A stretch of 23,189 nucleotides of DNA from Candidatus Methylomirabilia bacterium. GTDB lineage: Bacteria > Methylomirabilota > Methylomirabilia > Rokubacteriales > CSP1-6. The stretch is from positions 1 through 23,189 of the forward strand of contig JBGQEL010000064.1 in the NCBI GenBank assembly GCA_041496385.1. Reading direction: 5' to 3'. Shown piece after piece: positions 9,774-19,144 of the stretch (its first letter is position 1; every line of letters begins with the position of its first letter). Below the pieces are notes generated by a model that saw only the letters and a list, made by a program, of their open reading frames with translations, had not been told where the DNA came from and did no database searches. The position numbers and the translations under genes were made by a program.

Positions 9774-10547
9774 TCAGCCGCCCTGGGCGAGCGCGCGCCG
9801 CAGCGCCGCCGTGTGCTTGACGAACTCGGGAGTGTCCTTGACCGACGGCGCACGCGGCGAGGGCAGATCGATCCGGACCTGCTCGAGCACCCGACCGGGG
9901 CGCGGCGAGAACACCAGCACGCGGTTCGACAGGTAGACCGCCTCGGGAATGCTGTGCGTGACGAAGAGGATCGTGGTGCCGGTCGTCGCCCAGATCCGGA
10001 GCAGCTCCTGGTTCAGGTGATCGCGGGTGATCTCGTCGAGCGCGCCGAAGGGCTCGTCCATCAACAGAATGGGCGGCCCCGTCACAAGCGCGCGCGCGAT
10101 CGACACCCGTTGTTGCATCCCGCCCGAGAGCTGCCGCGGGTAGGCGTGCTCGAACCCCTTCAGTCCCACGAGCGCCAGCAGCTCGTCCGGCCGGTGCGGC
10201 GGATCGTGACGCCGTCCCCACCCGCCCACCTCGAGCGGCAGCGAGACGTTGTCCTGGGCGGTACGCCAGAGCAGCAGCCCCGGGTGCTGGAAGACGAACC
10301 CGAACTCCCGCGCCAGGCGCGCGCGCATCGCCGGCCCCCCGCGGACCTCGATGCGCCCCGTGGTCGGCTGCAGCACGTCGGCGATCAGCCGCAGCAGCGT
10401 CGACTTGCCGCAGCCGGACGGACCGATGAGCGAGACGAAGTCGCCCCGCTCGACCTCGAGCGTGACGTCGGCGAGCGCCTGCACGGGTTGCGCGCTCGTC
10501 GCGAAGACCATCGAGACGTCGCGGCACGCGATCTCGACGGGCGCCAC
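9774..10547 (-). CDS. ABC transporter ATP-binding protein, NitT/TauT type
   Basis: [37 protein letters not shown]. Confidence 0.95.
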   Translation of the reverse strand: MAPVEIACRDVSMVFATSAQPVQALADVTLEVERGDFVSLIGPSGCGKSTLLRLIADVLQPTTGRIEVRGGPAMRARLAREFGFVFQHPGLLLWRTAQDNVSLPLEVGGWGRRHDPPHRPDELLALVGLKGFEHAYPRQLSGGMQQRVSIARALVTGPPILLMDEPFGALDEITRDHLNQELLRIWATTGTTILFVTHSIPEAVYLSNRVLVFSPRPGRVLEQVRIDLPSPRAPSVKDTPEFVKHTAALRRALAQGG

Positions 10548-10550
10548 GGG

Positions 10551-11597
10551 CTAGAACTTGAGCGTCTTGGCGGCGAGCACGATCTCGTTGGTCATGACCT
10601 CTTCGGGCGTGACCTTGCGGGGAATCTGGTCGAGCGAGTGATAGGTGTCGGAGAGGTTGGCCCATATCTGCGGATCCATGTAGCCCCATCCCTGCTGCCG
10701 GGTCGCGTCCGACGAGATGTAGGGGATGCTGACCTTCCAGGTCGGCAGCTCCATGTCGCGCTCGAGCCCGCTCGTGCTCTTCATGACGAAATCGACGGCC
10801 TCGTCCGGATGATCCTTGGCGTACCACCACCCCTTGGCGGCCGCCGAGACGTAGCGCGTGAGGACGTCCTTGCGCGCGCCGTAGGCCTGATCGGTCGTGA
10901 AGTACGTGTAGGCGTACATGCGGATGCCGAGGTCCCACAGCAGGAAGTGATCGCTCTTCCCCTGGATCGGCAGGTTCTGTGCGTAGTTGATGACCCAGCC
11001 GGTGACGACGTCGGCCTGCCTGGTGAGCAGCGGCGTGGTGGTGCCGCCGATGATGATGACGTTCACCTTGTCGCGCGGTACCTGGTACTTCGCCAGCACG
11101 GCGTCGAGCAGCGGACGCGCGGTGCCCTGGATGCCGATGGTCTTGCCCGCGAAGTCGGCGGGGGTCTTGATGCCCGACTCGCGCAGGAAGAAGAACGCGA
11201 AGGGATGGCGCTGGAAGGCGCTGGCGAAGGCCTTGATCGGCACGCCGCGACTGCGGCCGGAGACGAGCACGCCGATCGACGCCACGTTGCCGACGGGCAC
11301 CGAGCCGCTGGCCACGACGCCGACGGGGTCGATGGAGGGTCCGCCGGGGACGATCTTCACGTCGAGCCCCACATCCTTGAAGTAGCCCTTCCCGATCGCC
11401 GTGAAGTCGCCGGCCATCTGCGCGTTCGCGAACCAGCCCAGCTGCATCGCCACCGGCGTGGACGGCTGGGCGCTCGCGACCAAGGGCCGGCCGGCGGGCC
11501 CCAGGCCGGCCCCGGCCAGAACGGCGGCGGTGACGCCGCCCTGCAGAAAATGACGTCGCGTGATCGGCGGAACCACCAGACTCACCCTATCGTCCAC
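10551..11597 (-). CDS. ABC substrate-binding protein, NMT1/THI5-like, with Tat signal
   Basis: TRRHFLQG twin-arginine motif; QLGWFANAQMAG..AIGKGYFKDVGLDVKIVPGGP; SGIKTPADFAGKTIG; AAGGAGG RBS. Confidence 0.88.
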   Translation of the reverse strand: MDDRVSLVVPPITRRHFLQGGVTAAVLAGAGLGPAGRPLVASAQPSTPVAMQLGWFANAQMAGDFTAIGKGYFKDVGLDVKIVPGGPSIDPVGVVASGSVPVGNVASIGVLVSGRSRGVPIKAFASAFQRHPFAFFFLRESGIKTPADFAGKTIGIQGTARPLLDAVLAKYQVPRDKVNVIIIGGTTTPLLTRQADVVTGWVINYAQNLPIQGKSDHFLLWDLGIRMYAYTYFTTDQAYGARKDVLTRYVSAAAKGWWYAKDHPDEAVDFVMKSTSGLERDMELPTWKVSIPYISSDATRQQGWGYMDPQIWANLSDTYHSLDQIPRKVTPEEVMTNEIVLAAKTLKF

Positions 11598-11667
11598 GGC
11601 GTCGTCCTCCTTGGCGGGCGTCAGCGCTTGTCGTCCGGCTCTACATACCCGGCAGTGCTTCCCGGTG

Positions 11668-12957
11668 TCAAGCGAGCGGCTGATCGCGCGGGCGGAACGT
11701 CACCTCGTCCGTCTTCCCGGCCAGTGTGACGACCGGTCGGACGCCCGGTGTTTCGGCGATGACCCGGCCACGTCGTATCACGGCGAGCCGGGCCGGGCGG
11801 AGCCTGATCGCGTCGATCGCGCTGCGGGCTTGCAGGAGCACCATGTCCGCCCAGCAACCGGCGTCGAGGCCATAACCATCGCGGCCCAGCGCGCGGGCGC
11901 CGTTGACGGTGACGCAGTCGAACATGGCCCGCATCTCGGCGTCCCCGGTCATGTGTCCGACGTGGAGCCCCATGTGCGCGACGTCGAGCATGTCGTGGCT
12001 CCCGAGCGGATACCAGGGGTCCATCACGCAGTCGTGGCCGAAGGCGACGTTGACGCCCGCCTCGAGCAGCTCCTTGACCCGCGTCATGCCGCGGCGCTTG
12101 GGGTACGTATCGTGCCGGCCCTGGAGCGTGATGTTGATGAGCGGGTTGGCGACGACCGTGATCCCGGCTTCACGTATCAGCGGGATCAGCTTGGAGACGT
12201 AGTAGTTGTCCATCGAATGCATCGCCGTCAGGTGGGATGCCGTCACGCGTCCGTGCAGTCCCTGACGTACGGTCTCCCGGGCGAGCGCCTCGATGTGACG
12301 CGAGAGGGGATCGTCGCTCTCGTCGCAGTGCATGTCCACCGGGAGCCGGCGCTCGGCCGCGATCCGACACAGACGCTCGATCGAGGCGGTGCCGTCCGGC
12401 GTCGTGCGCTCGAAGTGCGGAATGCCGCCCACCACGTCAACGCCCATGTCGAGCGCCGCCGCGAGGGTGCGCTCGGCCTCGGGCCAGCGCAGATAGCCGT
12501 CCTGCGGGAAGGCGACGAGCTGGAGATCGATCTCGTTGCGTACCAGCTCGCGCACCTCGAGCAACGCCTTGACCGCGCGCAGGTCGGGGTCGCAGACGTC
12601 GACGTGGCTCCGGATCACCAGCGTCCCGCGGGCGACGGACCAGCGGCAGAGCTCGAGCGCCCGGTCCCGGATCGCTTCGTGCGTCAGCGACGGCTTCAGG
12701 TCTCTCCACAGCTGGATCCCCTCCAGCAGCGTGCCGGAGCGGTTCACGCGTGGCATCCCGTACGTCAACGCCGAGTCCATGTGGAAGTGGGCGTCGACGA
12801 AGGGAGGCGAGACGAGCTCGCCCTGCGCATCGATTGTGTGCCGCGACTCGGCCCGAAGGTCTCGCTCGACGGACGCGATCCGGCCGTCCCGGCACGCGAT
12901 CGTCATCCCCTCACGACCGTCCGGCAATACCGCGTTGGTGACGACGAGATCGAACAT
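11668..12957 (-). CDS. codA: Cytosine deaminase (amidohydrolase superfamily)
   Basis: PPFVDAHFHMDS, NRSGTLLEGI, RSHVDV, VAFPQDG, GGIPHFE, DMHCDESDD, VTASH, NITLQGR.DTYPKRRG.TRVKE, GHDCVMDPWY. Start ATG 12957 or GTG 12978 (overlapping the upp stop). Confidence 0.92.
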   Translation of the reverse strand: MFDLVVTNAVLPDGREGMTIACRDGRIASVERDLRAESRHTIDAQGELVSPPFVDAHFHMDSALTYGMPRVNRSGTLLEGIQLWRDLKPSLTHEAIRDRALELCRWSVARGTLVIRSHVDVCDPDLRAVKALLEVRELVRNEIDLQLVAFPQDGYLRWPEAERTLAAALDMGVDVVGGIPHFERTTPDGTASIERLCRIAAERRLPVDMHCDESDDPLSRHIEALARETVRQGLHGRVTASHLTAMHSMDNYYVSKLIPLIREAGITVVANPLINITLQGRHDTYPKRRGMTRVKELLEAGVNVAFGHDCVMDPWYPLGSHDMLDVAHMGLHVGHMTGDAEMRAMFDCVTVNGARALGRDGYGLDAGCWADMVLLQARSAIDAIRLRPARLAVIRRGRVIAETPGVRPVVTLAGKTDEVTFRPRDQPLA

Positions 12958-12974
12958 CGGGCTGTCGACCCGCG

Positions 12975-13607
12975 TCACTTTGTGCCGAACAGGCGGTCCC
13001 CGGCGTCCCCCAGGCCGGGGACGATGTAGCCGTGCTCGTCCAGGTGGCTGTCGATGGCCGCGGTATAGACGGGGACGTCCGGGTGGTGCGAGTGGAAGTT
13101 CTTGAGGCCCTCGGGACACGTCAGGAGACAGACGAACTTGATGGAGCGGGGTCTCGTCTCTTTGAGGCGCTCCACCGCCGCCACCGCCGAGTTTCCGGTG
13201 GCGAGCATCGGGTCGACGACGATGGCGTCGCGATCGCCCATCTCTCCGGGCACCTTGAAGTAGTACTCGACGGCGGCGAGCGTCTTGGGGTCCCGGTAGA
13301 GTCCGACGTGTCCCACGCGGGCGCTCGGGATGAGACGGAGGATGCCGTCGACGATCCCGGTGCCGGCTCGCAAGATGGAGATCAGGGCGATCTTCTTCCC
13401 GTCCAGCATCGGCACGGACGTTCGCGCCAGAGGCGTCTCGATCGTGACCTGATGCGTCGGCATGTCGCGCGTCACCTCATAGGCGAGCAACACGCTGACC
13501 TCGGCCAGCAGGGTGCGGAACGCCGACGTGCCGGTGCTCTTCATGCGCATCAGGCTGAGCTTGTGCTGGACCAGTGGATGATCGATGACGTGGACGCGAC
13601 TGGACAT
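12975..13607 (-). CDS. upp: Uracil phosphoribosyltransferase
   Basis: [28 protein letters not shown]-binding motif, [18 protein letters not shown]-terminus; GGAGGGG RBS. Confidence 0.97.
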   Translation of the reverse strand: MSSRVHVIDHPLVQHKLSLMRMKSTGTSAFRTLLAEVSVLLAYEVTRDMPTHQVTIETPLARTSVPMLDGKKIALISILRAGTGIVDGILRLIPSARVGHVGLYRDPKTLAAVEYYFKVPGEMGDRDAIVVDPMLATGNSAVAAVERLKETRPRSIKFVCLLTCPEGLKNFHSHHPDVPVYTAAIDSHLDEHGYIVPGLGDAGDRLFGTK

Positions 13608-13665
13608 GCGATCCCCTCCCGCGTCGGAACGGGCCGCCGGCGCGCCCGCGCGCGTGTCGTTCTCA

Positions 13666-13688
13666 CCTCCGCCGTAGGATAGCGGAGG
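13666..13688 (-). terminator. Possible stem-loop downstream of the tRNA
   Basis: CCTCCGC-N9-GCGGAGG inverted repeat about 20 nt past the CCA end; no U tract. Confidence 0.3.
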
Positions 13689-13707
13689 ATCGTCGCATCG
13701 TGTTAGG

Positions 13708-13782
13708 TGGTGGCGGTGGGAGGAATTGAACCTCCGACACGGGGCTTATGAGACCCCTGCTCTGCCGCTGAGCTACACCGCC
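13708..13782 (-). tRNA. tRNA-Met (CAT), probably elongator
   Basis: GGCGGTGTAGCTCAGCGGCAGAGCAGGGGTCTCATAAGCCCCGTGTCGGAGGTTCAATTCCTCCCACCGCCACCA folds as a full cloverleaf with encoded CCA. The G1-C72 pair argues against initiator; Ile2 is not fully excluded. Confidence 0.95.
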
Positions 13783-13783
13783 G
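13748..13783. repeat. Direct repeat copy 1 (tRNA-Met 5' half)
   Basis: ATGAGACCCCTGCTCTGCCGCTGAGCTACAcCGCCG; 35/36 identical to 21847-21882. Confidence 0.95.
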
Positions 13784-13815
13784 CTTCTAGGAAAGCCTGG
13801 CTGTTGCAGAACGAG

Positions 13816-13841
13816 ATTCTACCGTAGCCCCCGCCTGTCAT
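13816..13841 (-). promoter_or_regulatory. Putative sigma70-type promoter of tRNA-Met
   Basis: ATGACA-N14-TAGAAT; the -10 lies 33 nt upstream of the tRNA 5' end. The spacer is atypically short. Confidence 0.5.
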
Positions 13842-13954
13842 GGCGGAAAACGTGCCCGGCAGCCGCGCGGAGGCGGCACGCGGACACGCTGTGCGTCGCA
13901 TGGACGATCGTCGAGCGCCCCGGCTCGGGTTCGGCGCTGGCGGGCTTTCCGCGC

Positions 13955-14196
13955 TCAGCAGAAGTACGTATCGGGATCGATCCCCCGCGTCGATGGCAGG
14001 GTCTGCGCCAGCGCGCGCGGGAGGTCGCACTCGGTCACGATGCCGACGAGGGCACCGCGCTCGACGACGGGCAGGCAGCCCACACGCGCCTCGAACATGA
14101 CGGCGGCGGCGCGCGCCCGCATGGGCGTTTCGCTTGCCGTGTGGCCCGAGTCGGGCGGCACGCCGCTGGCGCAGACGTCGATCACCGTGGGCTCAT
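13955..14196 (-). pseudogene. CBS-domain protein remnant
   Basis: One CBS motif only (AAAVMFEARVGCLPVVERGALVGIVTECDL). The ATG at 14196, coupled to the upstream stop, is out of frame and stops after 4 codons. Confidence 0.6.
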
Positions 14197-14804
14197 GGCG
14201 CCGAGGGCAACGCACGGCGGTACGGTCCGTAGAGGGCGGACGGATGGAAATGGTCCCAGTAGATGGTCCACGCCGGCTCGAGGGGGACCCGCGCCCGGTG
14301 GCGCTCCTGATCCACTTCGGTGGCCCACTCGTAGGCGTCGTCGAGACCGGCCGCGACAAGGTCCCGGACCGTGGGATCGAGGCCGGAGACGAGGATCGGC
14401 AGCACGCGATCGAGCTGGGCGGCGATCCGCGTGTGAATCGGCAGGCCGCGGAGGGCCAGGAGCTGCTCTCGTGCGGCGGGAATATCGCCGTGCATGAGAC
14501 GGGCGAGTCCGAGATAGAGGCGCGCGTCCGCGCGCCCAGGCGCTTCGGCAACGACATCGTCGAGCGTCGCGATGGCCGTGTCCCATGCGCGCGTGCGAAC
14601 GCGCGCGATCCCCAGGCCCACGCGCGCATCGAGGCGGGCGGGGTCGGCCGCCAGCGCCGCTTCGAAGTAGCGCGCCGCCTCGTCGGGGCGCCCCGCGTGC
14701 AGCGCGGCATCGCCGCGTCCGACGGCGGTCGCGCAGCCCGTCAGCGCGAGCGCCGTCAGCGCGCCGAGCATCAGGCCGCGCGCCCCATCGACCGACGACC
14801 TCAT
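14193..14804 (-). CDS. Tetratricopeptide-repeat lipoprotein
   Basis: Lipobox LALTGC; TPR-like helices (EAARYFEAALAADP..DARVGLGIA; ADARLYLGLA). Start uncertain (14804 or 14831). Confidence 0.75.
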   Translation of the reverse strand: MRSSVDGARGLMLGALTALALTGCATAVGRGDAALHAGRPDEAARYFEAALAADPARLDARVGLGIARVRTRAWDTAIATLDDVVAEAPGRADARLYLGLARLMHGDIPAAREQLLALRGLPIHTRIAAQLDRVLPILVSGLDPTVRDLVAAGLDDAYEWATEVDQERHRARVPLEPAWTIYWDHFHPSALYGPYRRALPSAP

Positions 14805-14885
14805 GCATACTCTCACGATCTCATGGGGCATCGTGGCGCCGCGCCATCTCCTTGGCGATGATCACGCCGTCATTGCCGACGATGG

Positions 14886-15302
14886 TCAACGCTCGAGCGA
14901 GTCCTGGAACGCTCGCAACACGTCGACGTAGCTCACGATGCCGACCACTTCACGGGTATCGGATCGGACCACGGGAACCGCTCCGATCCGGTGCTCGACC
15001 AGCAGCTCGACGATCTCGGCCAGCTCGGTCTCGGGATTGACCGCGATGACGTCCGAGCTCATGACCTTCACGACGGCTGTCCCGACCGCGTGTCGAAGCG
15101 CCTCCGCGCCCTCGACCGTGAGCAGGCGGGCGATGTCGAACCGGGCGAGATCGCGATCGCTCAGCATACCCACGAGGACGCCGTTCTCGACCACGGGGAC
15201 ATGCCGGATCTCCAGCTCGCGCATGAGGTCCCACGCCTCCACAACACTGGCCTGAGGAGTCACGGTCACCGGATTCGGCGTCATCAACTCGTGCGCGCTC
15301 AT
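14886..15302 (-). CDS. CBS domain pair protein
   Basis: LMTPNPVTV..IRHVPVV..LVGMLSDRDL and VMSSDVIAV..IGAVPVV..VVGIVSYVDVL; GAGGA RBS before ATG 15302. Confidence 0.9.
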   Translation of the reverse strand: MSAHELMTPNPVTVTPQASVVEAWDLMRELEIRHVPVVENGVLVGMLSDRDLARFDIARLLTVEGAEALRHAVGTAVVKVMSSDVIAVNPETELAEIVELLVEHRIGAVPVVRSDTREVVGIVSYVDVLRAFQDSLER

Positions 15303-15402
15303 GACGTCCTCTTTCGCGCCGCCTCGGCGTGTGCAGCGCGACTGCGTTGCCGTCTCGTGCTCCTCTCGAAGACCCGGGACCCAGTCGCTATCGCCGTGCA
15401 TG

Positions 15403-15708
15403 TCATGTTCGTCTTCCCTGAAGCTGATTCCAGATTGCTGCGGCGAAGCGGCCGAAGAGGTAGCCCAGCATGGCGGTGACGGCGATCAGGGCGACGGCGC
15501 GCCACAAGACGAACGCGCCGATCTCGTAGGGCGGCGTGATGAAGTGGAGCCAGAAGATGAAATCGATCACCGGCTGAGCCCACCCGATCAGGACGAGCAC
15601 CGACCAGGCGAGGTGCCAGCACCCCAAAAACGCCCCGAGCACGAGGCCGAGCGCGTGAGCGTTGATCGTTCGCTGGACCTGTCCCTGGTCCATGTGGTTC
15701 GTGAGCAT
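15403..15708 (-). CDS. Small membrane protein of unknown function (101 aa)
   Basis: GGAGG RBS; hydrophobic segments; [25 protein letters not shown]. Confidence 0.75.
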   Translation of the reverse strand: MLTNHMDQGQVQRTINAHALGLVLGAFLGCWHLAWSVLVLIGWAQPVIDFIFWLHFITPPYEIGAFVLWRAVALIAVTAMLGYLFGRFAAAIWNQLQGRRT

Positions 15709-15791
15709 GGGGGCCTCCGTGTTTCGCCGATCGTGTTGCAAGCCGTCCCGCCCACGCCTGCGTGACATCGAGGCGGGCGTCTCGCGCACGC

Positions 15792-16136
15792 TCATTGCAG
15801 ACGCCGCGCCGCGTAGTACTTCCTGGGGCGCCGGCGGCTGTCCTGCCAGCGTTCGCGGCATCGCTCGAGCTGCCGCGCGACCCGGTCATAGCTGGCGTCG
15901 AACGCCAGGCGTGGCGTCGGGGCAAGGCGCTCGACGCGGATCGAAGGCTGGCGGGGCAACGCCACCAGCACCGCACACCGGATATCGTTGCCACCTTTCG
16001 GGCCGTTCACGTCGGCGAAGGTGACGTGAGCCGTCACCGGCTGGACCGGCAGGCGGCTCAGCACCCGGCGCATGCGTGTCCTGACGTGCCCGCTCGGAAT
16101 TGGCCGGTCCACGTTTCCCTCGATGTGGATTTCCAT
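15792..16136 (-). CDS. HPF/RaiA (ribosome hibernation, S30AE) family protein
   Basis: MEIHIEG..., [47 protein letters not shown]. Confidence 0.8.
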   Translation of the reverse strand: MEIHIEGNVDRPIPSGHVRTRMRRVLSRLPVQPVTAHVTFADVNGPKGGNDIRCAVLVALPRQPSIRVERLAPTPRLAFDASYDRVARQLERCRERWQDSRRRPRKYYAARRLQ

Positions 16137-16165
16137 CGCGGCGCCCACCTCCGTGAGTGTCCGCC

Positions 16166-16840
16166 TCAGACCGGCTCCGTCCGCAGATGGTCCTGCACGT
16201 CGCGGACTCCGGGCGTGAAGCGGGCGGCCGCGACGACCGATTTCCGCTCCGCCCACGAATGCACCGATCCCGTCAGCGTCGCGATGCCGTCCCGCACTTC
16301 GACGCGGATCCGCCGGGCCTCGCGCTCGGCACGGCGCTCCAGCGCCTGCTCGATGGCCTTGCGGATATCCTCGGTCACCGGTTTCGTCGGCTTCACCGTG
16401 ATGTTGTTCACCACGTTCTTCACGCCGGTCAGGTTCCGGACAGCCCGTTCCGCGTCGTCGCGCTGACTCCAGCGCTCCACAGTGCCGTCGAGTGTGACCC
16501 AGCCGTCCGAGACCATCGAGCTGATCTTGTCGTCGGGGACGAGGACGTCCCACGCGAGCGCGTGCCGCACCGCCTGGGCGATCTCCGTGTCGGTGCGCGT
16601 GAGCCCGCCCGGAACCTTGACCCCGATGTCGTTCGCCACGTCGAGCACGCCGATCACGCGGCGCGCCGCTTCCTGGGCCGCCACCCGCTTGGCCCAGCTC
16701 GACACCGTGCCGGTCAGCGTGACGACACCATTGTCGACCTCGACTCCCACCTCCGTCTCGTCGACGCGCGAGTCCCACTTGAGCTCCTCGAGCACGTCGT
16801 GATGGATCTGGGTGTCCGTCTTCTTCATTCCCTGAGTCAT
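16166..16840 (-). CDS. BON domain protein (three BON domains, OsmY-like)
   Basis: Three repeats of V.V..G.(V/A)TL.G(T/S)V..W.....A...A....GV..V; AAAGGAG RBS. Confidence 0.92.
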   Translation of the reverse strand: MTQGMKKTDTQIHHDVLEELKWDSRVDETEVGVEVDNGVVTLTGTVSSWAKRVAAQEAARRVIGVLDVANDIGVKVPGGLTRTDTEIAQAVRHALAWDVLVPDDKISSMVSDGWVTLDGTVERWSQRDDAERAVRNLTGVKNVVNNITVKPTKPVTEDIRKAIEQALERRAEREARRIRVEVRDGIATLTGSVHSWAERKSVVAAARFTPGVRDVQDHLRTEPV

Positions 16841-16891
16841 GACCGTTCTCCTTTATGTCTCATCGGACTTCCGTCACGATCCGACTGTCGT

Positions 16892-17326
16892 CTATGTCGC
16901 GCGCACGGTCATGACGGGACAGGGCGCCTGGCTCACAACCCGCGTCGCGACGCTGCCGAGCAGCACGCCCTTGAGCCCCGTGCGGCCGTGCGTGCCCATC
17001 ACGATCATCTCGGCGCGACGGCCACGTGCCGTTCGAAGAATTTGCTCGTGCGGAACGCCCTCGACCAGGATGGTCGAGACACGGATGCCCGCCGCGCGCG
17101 CTCGCCGCAGGAGGCGATCGAGACGTCGGCGCGCGGCGAGCTCGATCGAGCGGTACAGATCGTCGTAGACCTTGGGTGGCATGTAGCCGGGGACGAGGGC
17201 CGCCCGTGACATGACGTGCGCGATGAGCAGCGGCCGCCGCATGCTCTTCGCCAGCGCCAGCACCTTGCGGAACGCCGGGGCGGAGGCGGAGGAGAAGTCG
17301 GAGGGATGCAGGATCGGCCGCGCCAC
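16892..17326 (-). CDS. Universal stress protein (intact, ATP-binding type)
   Basis: ILHPSDFS, IVMGTHGRTGLKGVLLGSVATRVVSQAPCPVMTV. Confidence 0.93.
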   Translation of the reverse strand: MARPILHPSDFSSASAPAFRKVLALAKSMRRPLLIAHVMSRAALVPGYMPPKVYDDLYRSIELAARRRLDRLLRRARAAGIRVSTILVEGVPHEQILRTARGRRAEMIVMGTHGRTGLKGVLLGSVATRVVSQAPCPVMTVRAT

Positions 17327-17327
17327 G

Positions 17328-17396
17328 TCAGGCGGCCTTCACCGGAATCGTGGTGCCCTTGGCCCCCGGCGCCGTCCACGGCATCAGTGCACGCAT
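17328..17396 (-). pseudogene. Hsp20/alpha-crystallin gene collapsed to 22 codons (MRALMPWT-APGAKGTTIPVKAA)
   Basis: Strong RBS (GGAGGCTGGAG); sHsp-like N-terminus joined in frame to an sHsp-like C-terminus with IxV motif; stop lies 1 nt before the USP start. Confidence 0.75.
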
Positions 17397-17441
17397 CTCC
17401 AGCCTCCGCGTGTGAGTGGTGATCGAACGCGCCCTCAGAGA

Positions 17442-17457
17442 TGCATGGACATTGCCA
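17442..17457 (-). promoter_or_regulatory. sigma54-like -24/-12 promoter
   Basis: TGGCAATGTCCATGCA with GG-N10-GC spacing, 45 nt upstream of the Hsp20-remnant ATG. Confidence 0.55.
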
Positions 17458-17583
17458 TCGCAGGAACCCCTGCGAATCCGCGAGTTCCGCGGCATCGGTC
17501 AGCCCGGTGGCGAAGCGCAGACGCCGCATGTGGGGCGCCGCCGCCACAGCGGTTGCTCCGACGCGGCGCGTATCTTCGGGGAG

Positions 17584-17919
17584 TCAAGCGAGGTCTCGCT
17601 TCTTCGTCTCGAACTCCTCTCGATTGATCTCGCCCCGCGCATACCGCCGACGAAGGATCTCGAGAGCCGAGTCCGAGCGCGACGCGGGCGCTTGGTGAAT
17701 CAGCCAGCGGATCCCGAGCACCAGACTGACAATCACGGCGCTCCAAAACGCAAGCATCATCACCATCATCACCAGGCCGCCGGCGCCCCACGCCCACCAC
17801 ATGGGATGCATACCCCATCCCCACTCGTCCGGCCGCTCCTGTGCGGATGCGACCAGGGGCGTGAGGAACGCGGGCGCCATGGCCCGTACGGCAAGGCTCA
17901 GGAAGACGACCCTACTCAT
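17584..17919 (-). CDS. SHOCT domain membrane protein
   Basis: WGWGMHPMWW, TM helix, C-terminal SALEILRRRYARGEINREEFETKKRDL. Confidence 0.88.
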   Translation of the reverse strand: MSRVVFLSLAVRAMAPAFLTPLVASAQERPDEWGWGMHPMWWAWGAGGLVMMVMMLAFWSAVIVSLVLGIRWLIHQAPASRSDSALEILRRRYARGEINREEFETKKRDLA

Positions 17920-19144
17920 AGCGGAGCGCGTCGATCGGGTTCAGCCGCGATGCTTTGCGCGCCGGATAGAAGCCGAAGAAAACGCCGACCGCCCCCGCGA
18001 AGAGAAACGCGGGAACGACGGCCCGCGCGTGGATCGGCGCCAGCCATCCGGCGAAGTACCCGATGGCCCAGGCGCCAACGACCCCGAGCGCGATCCCGAT
18101 GACCCCGCCCGTGAGTGACACCGTGACGGCCTCGATGAGGAACTGCGTCAGGATGTCCCGGCGGCGAGCGCCGACAGCACGCCGCAGTCCGATCTCTCGC
18201 GTCCGCTCCGTGACCGACACCAGCATGATGTTCATGATGCCGATCCCGCCGACGACGAGCGAGACGGAAGCGATGGCGGCCAGAAGAAGACCGAGCACCC
18301 GGGAGGCGGCTTCCTGGCTCTCGAAGAGGTCGGCGAGGTTCCGGAGGGTGAAGTCGTCGTCCTGGCCCGGCTGGAGATGATGCCGCTGGCGCAGCAAGGT
18401 CCGGATCTCCTGCTCGGCGCTCTTCATCGCGCTCGCCTCCCAAACCTTCACGAGGATCGAGTTGACCGCCCGCGCGTTGGCCTGACTGATCCCCAGCACC
18501 TTCTTCTTCGCCGTCGAGAGCGGGACGAGCACGGCGTCATCCTGGTCCTGCCCCTGGGTTGACTGACCGCGGCGGGCGAGCACGCCGACGACCGTCAACG
18601 GGACCTTCTTGACGCGGACCACCTGGCCGATCGGGTCGGCTGCACCGAAGAGGTTCTCCGCCACGGTCTGGCCGAGCAGCGCCACCTTCGTGGCGCCATC
18701 GACGTCGTCCTGGGTCAGGGTCCGGCCGGTCGTCGTCGCCCAGTCCCGCGCCTCCAGGAAGCCGGGGGTCACGCCGAAGACCGCAGTGGCCCAGTTGGCG
18801 TTGGCGGCGACGACCTGCACGCCGCCCCGAACCACCGGCGCCGCAACCTGGACGCCGTCGATCTCGCGCTCCAGCGCCTTCGCGTCGTCCTCGGTCACGG
18901 TGAGCTGGCTTCCGGCGCCGAGCCGCACGCCGCTCGTGGTGATCGATCCGGAGAGCACGATGATCAGGTTCGAGCCGAGGCTCTGGATCTGCTCCTCGAC
19001 GCGGGCCCGCGCCCCGGCGCCGACCGCCATCATCGTCACGACGGCGGCCACGCCGATGATGACGCCGAGCATCGTGAGCCCGGTGCGCACCTTGTTGGCC
19101 GCGAGCGCGATGAAGGCGAGGTGTGCGGCGCCCCGGACTTTCAT
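17912..19144 (-). CDS. MacB/FtsX-family ABC permease
   Basis: [76 protein letters not shown]. Start at ATG 19144 (ATGA overlap). Confidence 0.94.
   Translation of the reverse strand: MKVRGAAHLAFIALAANKVRTGLTMLGVIIGVAAVVTMMAVGAGARARVEEQIQSLGSNLIIVLSGSITTSGVRLGAGSQLTVTEDDAKALEREIDGVQVAAPVVRGGVQVVAANANWATAVFGVTPGFLEARDWATTTGRTLTQDDVDGATKVALLGQTVAENLFGAADPIGQVVRVKKVPLTVVGVLARRGQSTQGQDQDDAVLVPLSTAKKKVLGISQANARAVNSILVKVWEASAMKSAEQEIRTLLRQRHHLQPGQDDDFTLRNLADLFESQEAASRVLGLLLAAIASVSLVVGGIGIMNIMLVSVTERTREIGLRRAVGARRRDILTQFLIEAVTVSLTGGVIGIALGVVGAWAIGYFAGWLAPIHARAVVPAFLFAGAVGVFFGFYPARKASRLNPIDALRYE

Noticed and set aside
6853..10938. 1361-aa minus-strand ORF as a giant fusion protein
   Set aside because: Only the last 263-267 codons are a crotonase. 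The rest is an Arg/Gly/Ala-rich off-frame reading of four real genes, as expected in high-GC DNA.
11642..11671. Internal promoter TTGACA-N18-TATGTA before the ABC binding protein
   Set aside because: The -35 coincides with the codA stop codon and the -10 lacks the conserved final T; too weak to call.
7689..11729. 1346-aa plus-strand ORF and other long antisense ORFs (73-705, 599-1759, 2047-3312, 5753-7357, 11560-13029)
   Set aside because: Antisense shadows of well-supported genes, with no motifs of their own.
14821..14889. 22-aa minus-strand ORF (TTG start; TIVGNDGVIIAKEMARRHDAP) as another gene remnant
   Set aside because: Coding-like, but no recognisable family and a weak start.
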